A stretch of 64,000 nucleotides of DNA from Thermoplasmatota archaeon (GCA_029762535.1 JARVGK010000007.1:32001-96000); one strand, 5' to 3'; positions 38,977 to 48,008 are shown, counted from the first letter of the stretch. The notes: generated by a model not told the origin, from the letters alone. Translations and numbers: made by a program.

Positions 38977-40203
38977 ATGTTGATAGAGTTCAAGCTCAGG
39001 AACTTCAGGTCCATCAGGGACGAGATGACCTTCAGCCTGCTGGCATCGAGCGACAGGACGCATTCCCAGAACTTAATCGTTCACGATGCATTGAAAAAGG
39101 ACCTTCTGCTTAAGAGCGCCGTGATCTACGGCGCCAACGCTTCGGGTAAGACCAACGTTCTTCTGGGTTTGAACACCCTAAGAGGACTTGTCGTCCATTC
39201 TCACAGCAACCAGATAGGTCAGGAGCTTCCTTACGAGCCGTTCAGATTGGACGAAAGGGCCGGGTCCGACGATACCTCCTTCCGGATCGCATACATTCAT
39301 AAGGACATCAAGTACATCTACGAGCTCTCCTACAACAGGGAAAAGGTTGTTGATGAGGTTCTCTACAGCTATCCGCAGGGAAGAAGGTCGTTGCTCTTTT
39401 CAAGGACCGGAACGGATAATTACAGGTTCACCAAAGATGAAAAGGAGCAGACCCTGATCAAAGAAAGGACACCCCCGAACGTCCTCTACCTTTCAAGGGC
39501 CGCACAGTTCAACTACCAACCTGCAATAGATGCGTTCGAATGGTTCAAGGAAAAGCTGAAATTTATAGGACCTTCCGACCATATCAATCTGATGAAGTTC
39601 ACAAGCAAAATGCTGGAGGACCCCAAGAGCAAGGACATGATCCTTCAGGGGCTCAGGACCGCGGACCTCGGGATAGACGATGTCATCCTCAACAATGTCA
39701 CTATCAGGGCCGAGGAGCTGCCCGGGGACCTCCCTTCGGAGCTAAAGGATAGGTTGGTAGGCTCCGAACGTACTAGGATATTGACATATCATAAGGGTGT
39801 TCCGTTTGACCTTTCAGATGATGAGTCCGAAGGCACCAAGAGAATGTTCCATCTGATCGGACCCGTAATAAAAGCTCTCAACGATTCACAGGTCCTCCTG
39901 ATAGACGAGCTCGATACAAAGCTCCATCACCTTATGAACATCTTTTTGATAGAGCTGTTCCAGAATACCGACAACCCTTCATCCCAGCTCGTGTTCACAA
40001 CACACAACACAACCCTTCTCGAATCCGAACTCTTCAGAAGGGACCAGATATGGTTCACCGAAAGACGGCCTGATGACGATTCGACCGACCTCTACTCTCT
40101 CCTTGAGTTCCACCCCAGAAACGATGCGAACATAAAGATAGGATACCTGTCGGGAAGGTACGGTGCCATACCTCTCATCAAGAGCGAAAGGTTGTGCCCA
40201 TGA
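38977..40203 (+). CDS. AAA_21 ABC-type ATPase (RloA / AbiLi-like)
   Basis: MLIEFKLRNFRSI, YGANASGKTN, ESEGT, LLIDELD..LH, QLVFTTH, FRRDQIWF, YLSGRYGAIP. Confidence 0.9.
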   Translation: MLIEFKLRNFRSIRDEMTFSLLASSDRTHSQNLIVHDALKKDLLLKSAVIYGANASGKTNVLLGLNTLRGLVVHSHSNQIGQELPYEPFRLDERAGSDDTSFRIAYIHKDIKYIYELSYNREKVVDEVLYSYPQGRRSLLFSRTGTDNYRFTKDEKEQTLIKERTPPNVLYLSRAAQFNYQPAIDAFEWFKEKLKFIGPSDHINLMKFTSKMLEDPKSKDMILQGLRTADLGIDDVILNNVTIRAEELPGDLPSELKDRLVGSERTRILTYHKGVPFDLSDDESEGTKRMFHLIGPVIKALNDSQVLLIDELDTKLHHLMNIFLIELFQNTDNPSSQLVFTTHNTTLLESELFRRDQIWFTERRPDDDSTDLYSLLEFHPRNDANIKIGYLSGRYGAIPLIKSERLCP

Positions 40204-40823
40204 CCGAAAGAGGCTATTCCAGGAGAAGGGACCGAACGCGGCGTTCCTTTAACACGGTCCTCGTTGTCTGTGAAGGGCTCAAGACGGAAAGGATATATCT
40301 GAAAGGATTGAACGAAAGGTACGGTCGTGTTCATATCCTACCTGTTCATTCCGGTTCGACCGATGTCAGGTCCATGGTAAGATTTGCTGTGGGAAAGAGA
40401 AGGGAATACCAGTTCCGGGAAGGGGACGGGAACGAGACCTGGTGCGTCTTCGACGTGGATGAGAAGGACGATGATGAGCTCCTTCAATGGATCCCATATG
40501 CAGAAAGGAACGGTGTGATGGTGGCTCTCTCCAATCCTTCTTTTGAGCTCTGGTACCTCCTTCATTTCGATTACAGGCCCGGTCCGACCGACAGGTACAA
40601 GGTCCTGGAGGACCTGAAAAGGTCCATACCTGATTACGAGAAGAGCGGTTGTTACAATCATATCCTTTACCCCCTGACCATGAATGCAATAGATAATTCC
40701 AAACGATTGAACAAAGAACATTCAAGGATAGGAGTTGACCTTAACTCCAAAAAGGCCAACCCATCGACCCAGGTCTTCAAGCTTATCGAAGCGGTCAAAC
40801 TTTTAAAAGAAAGGAATGGATAA
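40200..40823 (+). CDS. RloB-family (AbiLii-like, TOPRIM-related) protein
   Basis: VVCEGLKTERIYL, WCVFDVD, SNPSFELWYLLHF, NPSTQVFKL; ATGA overlap with the ATPase. Confidence 0.9.
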   Translation: MTERGYSRRRDRTRRSFNTVLVVCEGLKTERIYLKGLNERYGRVHILPVHSGSTDVRSMVRFAVGKRREYQFREGDGNETWCVFDVDEKDDDELLQWIPYAERNGVMVALSNPSFELWYLLHFDYRPGPTDRYKVLEDLKRSIPDYEKSGCYNHILYPLTMNAIDNSKRLNKEHSRIGVDLNSKKANPSTQVFKLIEAVKLLKERNG

Positions 40824-40948
40824 AAGCGATCGATCATCTCATCATAGTTGTATTACCTTAATAAAAACTCATAAGGCATTCCAGGCTTTTGATGCTGTGT
40901 GAAGGATTTATCCTGTGAATGGCTTTATGGAGAGGACGTATTGACCCC

Positions 40949-41072
40949 GTCCAGTTCCCCGAGGTGAACGACAAGGTATATTCGCCGGCGTTCATACTCA
41001 TAGTCATCGTTCTGATATTGAACTCCCTGGCCAGATCGATAGCTGAGGTCATCGAGGATGCAGGGAGAATAG
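40949..41072 (+). pseudogene. 3' remnant of a second, diverged pstA
   Basis: Translates VQFPEVNDKVYSPAFILIVIVLILNSLAR versus HNPALQDKLYSCALVLIVLVLILNSIAR at the end of the 35128-38373 protein; apparent frameshift before RSSRMQGE*. Confidence 0.75.
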
Positions 41073-41079
41073 AGAACGA

Positions 41080-41709
41080 TCACTGCTTCGGATAGTCGAA
41101 GATCTCCGGCGCGTCCTCGGCTATCACGTGCACTCTGGGCTTGACCTTCATGCTCATCTCGATGAGCCTCTTCGTGGAGAGGACCAAAGCAACGAAGATA
41201 ACCGCGAAGGCGATCCCCGCTATGATGAACGGGATCGTCCTCGCGTTGAAGAGGGTCTCGGAATCGATCCGGATCACCTTAACAACGACGTTGAGCCTGT
41301 ACTCTCCCTTCCCGGAGATGAGAATGAATATCCTAGCATCCTCCGATCCCTCGTTGATGACATCAACGAATAGCTGCTCGCCCTTGTCGATGGTCTGACG
41401 GAACGTCCCGTTGATGGGGTCCCTGTTCTCATCATACACCATGAACTTTATGAAGCCGGAGCTCTGCTGGAATATGCTTATGTTGACCTTCCTGTTCGCC
41501 GGGATCGAGTAGCTGAAATAATCGATATCCTCCACATCGCCTAAATTGACATAACCCCTGACGTAGTCGTTGCCGATCATCCTGTTCGCCCTGTCGAAGG
41601 AGTCGTTGGGCTCCCTCTCGTTGAAATCGGATCCCGAACAGATCCCCGAAAATAACACCGTCGATAAGATGAACACACTCAGAATGCGGAGGAAACGCAA
41701 GGAGATCAT
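41080..41709 (-). CDS. Secreted PPC-like (EPND motif) domain protein with C-terminal TM
   Basis: Signal peptide, EREPNDSFDRAN, DIDYFSY, C-terminal TM and cytoplasmic tail. Confidence 0.75.
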   Translation of the reverse strand: MISLRFLRILSVFILSTVLFSGICSGSDFNEREPNDSFDRANRMIGNDYVRGYVNLGDVEDIDYFSYSIPANRKVNISIFQQSSGFIKFMVYDENRDPINGTFRQTIDKGEQLFVDVINEGSEDARIFILISGKGEYRLNVVVKVIRIDSETLFNARTIPFIIAGIAFAVIFVALVLSTKRLIEMSMKVKPRVHVIAEDAPEIFDYPKQ

Positions 41710-42192
41710 TGGGCTCTGCTCCCGGCCATCATCATCAACAAGATAGATGAGAGTTTTGAACTTACTCTATGGATATTATATAAAATACATATTTACCCGG
41801 GGCGGGAACCTTTCTCATTCATCACATGAGGCCTTCCCATTTTTCCTTGCACCTGTTGCGATACATCGGAGAATTATTAATCCGTTTCCTAAATAGAAAA
41901 CGTCCCCAATATAGAGGATATAAATCGATCGGAATTCTCCCTCTCTATATCGCACTCATTACATCTACATAAAGAAAACACTATCGGTTCATCGACTTTA
42001 TATCCGGCATGGCGTTTTCCCTTTTGTCTGCCCAAAGGGGCAGTCACCATCCGGAGTGTCACGGAAGCGATCCCTGAAAAGGGGATCCCGCCATCAGGGA
42101 ACGAAAGGTTTTCTCATTAAACCCCCCCAGTAGAAAGATCCGATGGGTAATCCAAACTGAAGGGACTTACCACCAGCGGGATCCCCACTCCA

Positions 42193-42220
42193 TCTATGTA
42201 GAGAACATATTCTACATAGA
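42193..42220. promoter_or_regulatory. Perfect 10-bp inverted repeat (candidate operator) upstream of the WYL-like gene
   Basis: TCTATGTAGA-gaacatat-TCTACATAGA. Confidence 0.45.
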
Positions 42221-42260
42221 CAGTCCTTCTATCCATCTACAGCGATGCCGGTGGCCGTCC

Positions 42261-42632
42261 ATGCAGGAGAACGAGCAGCGAAGGAGCGAACTCATATCGA
42301 AGCTCTACGAGCGGGTCTGCCGATCCATTCTGGAGAGGCGCAGGCTGAGGATCATCATGAGGGATCCCCTTAAAAAGAGCATAGAGCTCATTGTGGAGCC
42401 CCATTACTCGAACATCGACTGGGAGGGGGACCTGTTCATGATCGCAAAAAGGGTCCGCGGCCCCGCCCCTTATGCCGAGAGAAGGGGTTGGAATATAATA
42501 TTCCTCAAGGAGATAAGCAGATACACCCTGCTCAAAGACGCGTTCGAACCCGACATCAAAATCCACGATTACATCGAGGAGTTCGCCCATACCGTCATTC
42601 GCCCGAGCGAATATGAGCTATACATCGTCTAG
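42261..42632 (+). CDS. Stand-alone WYL-like domain protein
   Basis: Pattern SILERRRLRI...IVEPH...LFMIA...GWNIIFLKEISRYTLLKDAFEP resembles the WYL consensus (AI..r..l.i.Y...veP....yl.a...r.FrldRI......F). Confidence 0.55.
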   Translation: MQENEQRRSELISKLYERVCRSILERRRLRIIMRDPLKKSIELIVEPHYSNIDWEGDLFMIAKRVRGPAPYAERRGWNIIFLKEISRYTLLKDAFEPDIKIHDYIEEFAHTVIRPSEYELYIV

Positions 42633-42844
42633 CTCGGAGCCTTCACGGAGGAGTGGAAGCCCTTGAGGCCCAGAGCGAGAAGCACTGTGCCGAGAACGAA
42701 CAGCGTCATCCAGTCGAAGAACAGATCGAACATCACGGGAACGTAGTAGGATCCCGGATGGAAGATGCCCTGATACAGCATCCTCGATCCCTGCCCCATC
42801 ATCGCGATCCCGCATATCACGATCAATATCATCCTTGCCTTCAT
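42629..42844 (-). CDS. Small two-TM membrane protein
   Basis: 71 aa with two hydrophobic segments; AT-rich upstream region. Confidence 0.55.
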   Translation of the reverse strand: MKARMILIVICGIAMMGQGSRMLYQGIFHPGSYYVPVMFDLFFDWMTLFVLGTVLLALGLKGFHSSVKAPS

Positions 42845-43104
42845 GAACGATCATCGATATGCCGTATATATATCAGGTATTGGAATATTATCAATGATGA
42901 AAAACGCATTTGCATGCAAAAACTATATGTATCAAGATAACCAATATATACCCAATTCGGGTCACGGGGATCAAGCTTCCCTTTCACCTACTGGAACATC
43001 TTTCCCGTGACCCGAAAACCTTTTCCGAAGATGCATCCCTGCATCAGGGATGCCGTATATAACCCGAACCACAATAGATTACGGACCCTTTATAGACTAT
43101 ATCG

Positions 43105-44052
43105 TCACTTCATGAAGGAAGCGCGGTATGCGATCTCGGCTATCTCGTCGATGTAGGTTATTATCCTGTTGAACGAATCGGCCACTTCCGCCCAAGCGAT
43201 CGCGTTCTCGGCCCCGTCGTGTACCCGGTCTACCCATCGAAGCTCCCTGCAGGAATGGATCACGCTCTCGGACACCTCGGCATCCTTCTCCAGAAACGCC
43301 TTGACGGACCGGTCCAGTATCTCCTGCAGCTGGAAGAACGCCGTATCGGGCGGGATCGGACCCTGCCCCGACGCGACCTTGGCCATATTCAATGCGTGGT
43401 CCGCGATCCTCTCGAGATTGTTGCTCACGGTCACGTAATTGCTGCCGTTGTCCCTGTATATTCCAAGCGTCTCCGAGTTCGATGAATCGTATAGAACAAG
43501 GTTGTAATGCCTCTTTATGAGCCAGTTGTAAAAGTTTACGCTGTGGTCCATATCCTCCATGTCGGGGATGCGGCCCTTGTCCCCCTCCATGCTCTCCACC
43601 GAAAGCCGGAGCATGCTCCGCGTCATCTTGTGCATCCTCTCGAGCGCCCTGACGGTGTCGTACCTGGAATAATCCAGAAGGTCCCTGGCGACGAGGCGGT
43701 CGGCCTCCTCCTCGACGATCTCGAACCCGGTGATCCTGGACAGCACCGTTTTGATGTCGGACCTCAGCCTGTTCGGGTCCCTGTCCCCGAACCTGAAGTT
43801 TATGGCGGTGAACCCGGATATGTAAAGGCCGATTATCTTTCGGTAGAGGGTGTCGATATCGTCATCGACGACCATGTCATATTCCCTGGGATTGCGCGGC
43901 CTTCCGGGGATGTTGAGCACCATGGTCCCGTCCCCCCTCAACGAGAGCTTCATGCTCTCCCCCTTGGACAGGCCGCTCCTGACAACCCAATCCTTCGGAA
44001 GGGATATCGTGAAGGTCGAGTGCCCTGTCTTCTGGATCTTTCTCGTATCCAT
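43105..44052 (-). CDS. Archaeal AbrB-PhoU phosphate uptake regulator
   Basis: MDTRKIQKTGHSTFTISLPKDWV (AbrB), YISGF, GFEIVEE, LERIADHA (PhoU). Confidence 0.9.
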   Translation of the reverse strand: MDTRKIQKTGHSTFTISLPKDWVVRSGLSKGESMKLSLRGDGTMVLNIPGRPRNPREYDMVVDDDIDTLYRKIIGLYISGFTAINFRFGDRDPNRLRSDIKTVLSRITGFEIVEEEADRLVARDLLDYSRYDTVRALERMHKMTRSMLRLSVESMEGDKGRIPDMEDMDHSVNFYNWLIKRHYNLVLYDSSNSETLGIYRDNGSNYVTVSNNLERIADHALNMAKVASGQGPIPPDTAFFQLQEILDRSVKAFLEKDAEVSESVIHSCRELRWVDRVHDGAENAIAWAEVADSFNRIITYIDEIAEIAYRASFMK

Positions 44053-44116
44053 GCGACCATATTCGCTATCAAGGTAGTTTATGATTGTCAATATATAATA
44101 TATTGGACCATATATA

Positions 44117-45148
44117 CTATGTATTATGCGGGGCCGCGAATTCGCGCGAGAAGAGCTGATTGATGGATATCTCGCATATGTCCTGCATGTAAGATACGAT
44201 CCTGTCCATCGAATCAAGGACGAAGGCGCAAGCGAGTGATGCCTGGGTCCTGTCGGCAGAAGCGAGAAGGGGGTCCCTTATCGCGCGGATGTTCCTCTCG
44301 AGATCGGCGCATTTATTTACAAGGGAATCGGACATGGCCAGATCGCCCCTGTTGAACGCCTCCATGGCATTGTCCAGGATGCGCACCATGGCCGCGTTGA
44401 TCCGGTTCATCCCTGATAGGTCCATGCCTTCCCCCACCGCGTCCCAGTATTTACCGATCCTCAGGACATGCCGGCTTATCCTCTCCAGACACCTCACAAG
44501 AAGAAGGTATCCCAGGGCCCCGTGGACCTTCATCTCCTCCTCGGTCTCGTCCCTGGATATCCTGGTGTAGTTCTTCATGATGAGGAGATGGAACCTCTGT
44601 ATCTCGGCATATCTCTCCTCGAGCTCTCCGACGTTCGGAGCGTCCCCTCCTTTGCGGTCCGGGATGTACTTCATCATGCCCCTGACGATGAGATGGACCC
44701 TTCTCACCGACTGTTCGAAGGAGAATCTGCCCTTGACGGTGAGGTCCCTCACGATAACATGGTCCGAATCCTCCTCGATTATATCCAGACCGGTGAAGCT
44801 GGATAATATGGACCTGATCGAGTCACGGGACACTAAATCGTTCTCCTCCATATCGAGCCTTATGGAATCATATCCCGCCAGATAGGCCGCGGTGAAGGCC
44901 CGCAGGACGTCCTCCGGATCCTTCCCGCGCATGTCGATCCTGTAAGGAGGGGTCCTGTCGACCGGGACAGAGATATCCAGGAGGGGCTTGAACAGTATCG
45001 TTCGGTCGGATACGGGAATTATGTTCATGTTGTCGCCGTTCTTGAGCCCCAATCTCTCGACCCATTTCTTAGGGAGAGTAATGAGGAACGTGGAGTTGCC
45101 CGAGCACTGTATCCTTCTCATCTCGGATAATACCTCATCCATACGCAT
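44117..45148 (-). CDS. Archaeal AbrB-PhoU phosphate uptake regulator (second paralogue)
   Basis: RRIQCSGNSTFLITLPKKWV, AYLAGYD, GLDIIEE, LERISRH; start overlaps the pstB2 stop. Confidence 0.9.
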   Translation of the reverse strand: MRMDEVLSEMRRIQCSGNSTFLITLPKKWVERLGLKNGDNMNIIPVSDRTILFKPLLDISVPVDRTPPYRIDMRGKDPEDVLRAFTAAYLAGYDSIRLDMEENDLVSRDSIRSILSSFTGLDIIEEDSDHVIVRDLTVKGRFSFEQSVRRVHLIVRGMMKYIPDRKGGDAPNVGELEERYAEIQRFHLLIMKNYTRISRDETEEEMKVHGALGYLLLVRCLERISRHVLRIGKYWDAVGEGMDLSGMNRINAAMVRILDNAMEAFNRGDLAMSDSLVNKCADLERNIRAIRDPLLASADRTQASLACAFVLDSMDRIVSYMQDICEISINQLFSREFAAPHNT

Positions 45149-45903
45149 CACCCGAACTTCCCCGATATGTAGTTCCTGGTGTTCTCCGAGCGCGGGTTCT
45201 TGAAGACCTGCGCGGTCCTGCCGTACTCTATCAACTTTCCCAGGTGCATATACGCGACGTGATCCGAGACGCGGGCTGCCTGCTCCATGTTGTGGGTCAC
45301 TATCGCCACGCAGTACTCTTTGGAGAGCTCCCTGATGAGCTTCTCTATCTTCGATGTTGAAATAGGGTCCAGAGCCGAGCAGGGCTCGTCCATGAGCAGG
45401 ATCTCCGGGTCCATGGCAAGGGCCCTGGCGATGCACAGCCTCTGCTGCTGCCCGCCAGATAGCTCCGTGGCGTCCTCGTCGAGCCTGTCGCCCAGCTCCT
45501 CATCGAGGGCGGACCTCTCCAGGGAACTCTTGACGATCGCATCGAGTATGCTCCTCTTCCTGATACCTGCCATCCTGGGTCCATATGCTATGTTGTCATA
45601 CACCGAGAATGGAAAGGGGTTTGGCTTCTGGAACACCATTCCCACCCTTCTCCTCAGGCTGACCAGGTCCGATCCCTTCGAATAGATGTCCTCGCCGTCA
45701 AGGATGATGGAGCCCTTGACCCTGCACCCTTCGATGTGGTCGTTCATCCTGTTCATGCATCTTATGAGCGTGGATTTCCCGCATCCGGAGGGGCCTATGA
45801 TCGCGGTGACCTTTCTATCAAGAACAGGGAGATCGACATCGTACAGAGCCTGCTTCTTTCCATACCATAGAGAGAGGCCTCTGACCGCCACCTTGCTGCT
45901 CAT
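45148..45903 (-). CDS. pstB: Second phosphate ABC ATPase PstB
   Basis: [47 protein letters not shown]. Confidence 0.95.
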   Translation of the reverse strand: MSSKVAVRGLSLWYGKKQALYDVDLPVLDRKVTAIIGPSGCGKSTLIRCMNRMNDHIEGCRVKGSIILDGEDIYSKGSDLVSLRRRVGMVFQKPNPFPFSVYDNIAYGPRMAGIRKRSILDAIVKSSLERSALDEELGDRLDEDATELSGGQQQRLCIARALAMDPEILLMDEPCSALDPISTSKIEKLIRELSKEYCVAIVTHNMEQAARVSDHVAYMHLGKLIEYGRTAQVFKNPRSENTRNYISGKFG

Positions 45904-45910
45904 GCGGAAA

Positions 45911-45980
45911 AGCCATATGGAACACGATATTTGTATATGTTCAATATATTTTATATGCCAAACTATATTCTATATATTCA
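45911..45980 (-). promoter_or_regulatory. Phased ATAT array upstream of pstB2 (candidate Pho box)
   Basis: ATAT units every ~9-10 bp; 14-mer tatattctatatat at 45964-45977 is identical to 19365-19378. Confidence 0.5.
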
Positions 45981-47136
45981 CAAGGGACTGATAGAGGTCC
46001 TCCATCCTTGCCGAAAGTCGCTCCATGGACCATTTGCGGGCATGTTCCAAAGCCTCGTTCGATACCCTATCCCAGAGATCAACATCGGTCAGCAGCTGCA
46101 CCGTTCTCATCGAGAAATCCTCCACATCGTTCTCGACCATGAAACCCCCGTTGTCCCCTCCCATGAAGTATTTCGTCCCCATCTCCCCTACCGCAACAAC
46201 GGGAGTGCCGCAGCACATCGCCTCCCCTGTGACGAGGCCCTGCGTCTCGGTGAGCGACGGGAACACGAACACGTCAGCTATGGTCAGCACGTTCTTCACA
46301 AGCTCCCGTGGAACGTATCCAGTGAAGGTGGCTTTCTTCTCGAGCCCCCTCCCCTTCACATCGGACCTCATCTCCTCGAGGTAAGGGCCGGATCCCGTCA
46401 CGAGCAGATGGGCCTCGGGGACCTCCCCGACGACCTTCTCGAGCACCCCAACGAGCATGTCCACGTTCTTCTCCAGGCCCACCCTTCCGAGATAGGCCAT
46501 GACCTTCTTTCCCTTCAGCTCCGGCCATTTCAAAAATAAGGGCGACCCCCTCTTCTCAGCCTCCTTGTCCGCACTCTGGAACTCATCGGCATCGATCCCC
46601 GTGGGAACGACGTGGATCTCCCCCTTTATACCGTAACCCTTGAGCACCTCCTTCATCTGAGGGGTGGGGGTTATCAGAAGGTCCGCCCTTTTAGACAGCC
46701 CTCTCATTATGGAGCGGGCGATCCCTCTGGAGACGGATGATGGCGCGAACGGCAGGTAGTGGCCGGCGTACTGCTCCCAGTGGGTGTGGAAGGTGACGGC
46801 CGTTGGCACCTTCCTCTTTTTGGCCCAGGCCATGGAGAGCCTTCCCATCTCGAACTCGGTCTGAACGTGGACGATGTCCGGACGGATCCCATCCAGCACC
46901 TTGAAGACACTTCTCCTCTCCCAGGGTAGGACAAGTCGGTCCTCCTTTGAAAAGAACAGCCCCGTGGATCGGAAGCGATGTGTGTTCCCATCGTCTAGAT
47001 GATCCCCCGGATAGCGGGGGGCCAGAACGTGGATATCATGCCCTCTCCTGCGGAGGTACTTCCCGAAGCGGTCTATGGATGTGGCCATGCCGCTGACGCG
47101 GGGATGATAGTTGTCGGTGGAATATACGATCTTCAT
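45970..47136 (-). CDS. GT4 glycosyltransferase (diacylglycerol glycosyltransferase-like)
   Basis: TDNYHPRVSGM, DIVHVQT, TFHT, GRVGLEKN, FVFPSLTETQGLVTGEAM. Confidence 0.88.
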   Translation of the reverse strand: MKIVYSTDNYHPRVSGMATSIDRFGKYLRRRGHDIHVLAPRYPGDHLDDGNTHRFRSTGLFFSKEDRLVLPWERRSVFKVLDGIRPDIVHVQTEFEMGRLSMAWAKKRKVPTAVTFHTHWEQYAGHYLPFAPSSVSRGIARSIMRGLSKRADLLITPTPQMKEVLKGYGIKGEIHVVPTGIDADEFQSADKEAEKRGSPLFLKWPELKGKKVMAYLGRVGLEKNVDMLVGVLEKVVGEVPEAHLLVTGSGPYLEEMRSDVKGRGLEKKATFTGYVPRELVKNVLTIADVFVFPSLTETQGLVTGEAMCCGTPVVAVGEMGTKYFMGGDNGGFMVENDVEDFSMRTVQLLTDVDLWDRVSNEALEHARKWSMERLSARMEDLYQSLVNI

Positions 47137-47153
47137 TCATCCCCCTCGATTTT

Positions 47154-48008
47154 CTAAAGTTCATCGCTCTCTTCATCCTCAAAAAAAACTTCAATGGGTC
47201 TTATATCGAGCCACTCGTTAATTTTATCTGAAAATCCCTTTCTCACCTGATGGTTATTAATATCCATTCGTATAATGAACTTATCATGATCCATCTCAAG
47301 ATAATTCTTTAAATGCGATCTCGAAAGATCCGTCATGATCCTTCTAACCTTTTCCCGCAATTGTGCCTTGCTTTTATCGCTAAAAGATTTATCGAGACAC
47401 CCCAGAAGATTATGGACTATACTTTCATAGCTGATCCATTCCGATTTAACCGAAGCCCATTTCAAAATACCTGCTATTGGTTTTTTTAACTCCTCTGGTG
47501 ACGATTCCGGAACAGCCAACAATTGAAAGGAAGGTTCTACTGTCCTGAAACCTTGCCAATTTTTTAGTATTATCTCCAGATTTCTATCATTTATCATTTC
47601 GATCTCAACATTAATGGGTGTTTCAACCTGGATCAGATTGTACCCTGGATATTTGTTTAATCCGAACTGGTCTGTTATCAAGAATGGATATCCGGCAGGG
47701 GACCTATCCCCTTCGATCGATAGCACCCGTTTGATATAATCCCTTGGTTTACAGTCTTTATACTTTTTCATGACGTCTCCCTTCGATTTCGAAGAGGACA
47801 GGTCACAGATGCAAAAAAATTCCTGAGAAAACCCGAATATATCAGGCGTCAAACCGTCATCTGTAGAACCCTCACACCAGTAATCCGAATACCCTGCTTG
47901 ATAGAAAGGTCCCTCTTCCTCGCTGGTCTTGTGAAAAAGAAATATCCCTCTCCTCCATAGGTTTATCCTTCGCTGAGCATCATCAGGCAAATATTTCCAC
48001 TCCATCAT
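47154..48008 (-). CDS. Hypothetical protein, low GC (possible degenerate PD-(D/E)XK domain)
   Basis: 284-aa ORF, AT-rich, TPDIFG...ICDLSS; overlaps the upstream gene. Confidence 0.65.
   Translation of the reverse strand: MMEWKYLPDDAQRRINLWRRGIFLFHKTSEEEGPFYQAGYSDYWCEGSTDDGLTPDIFGFSQEFFCICDLSSSKSKGDVMKKYKDCKPRDYIKRVLSIEGDRSPAGYPFLITDQFGLNKYPGYNLIQVETPINVEIEMINDRNLEIILKNWQGFRTVEPSFQLLAVPESSPEELKKPIAGILKWASVKSEWISYESIVHNLLGCLDKSFSDKSKAQLREKVRRIMTDLSRSHLKNYLEMDHDKFIIRMDINNHQVRKGFSDKINEWLDIRPIEVFFEDEESDEL

Noticed and set aside
38375-41226. Integrated element with attL/attR or composite transposon
   Set aside because: No integrase or transposase; the repeats are diverged gene ends with mostly silent substitutions, not att sites
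44117-45436. N-terminal extensions given by the ORF track for the two AbrB-PhoU genes (to 45436 and 44217)
   Set aside because: They overlap pstB2 or the upstream regulator; the AbrB domains start at 45148 and 44052
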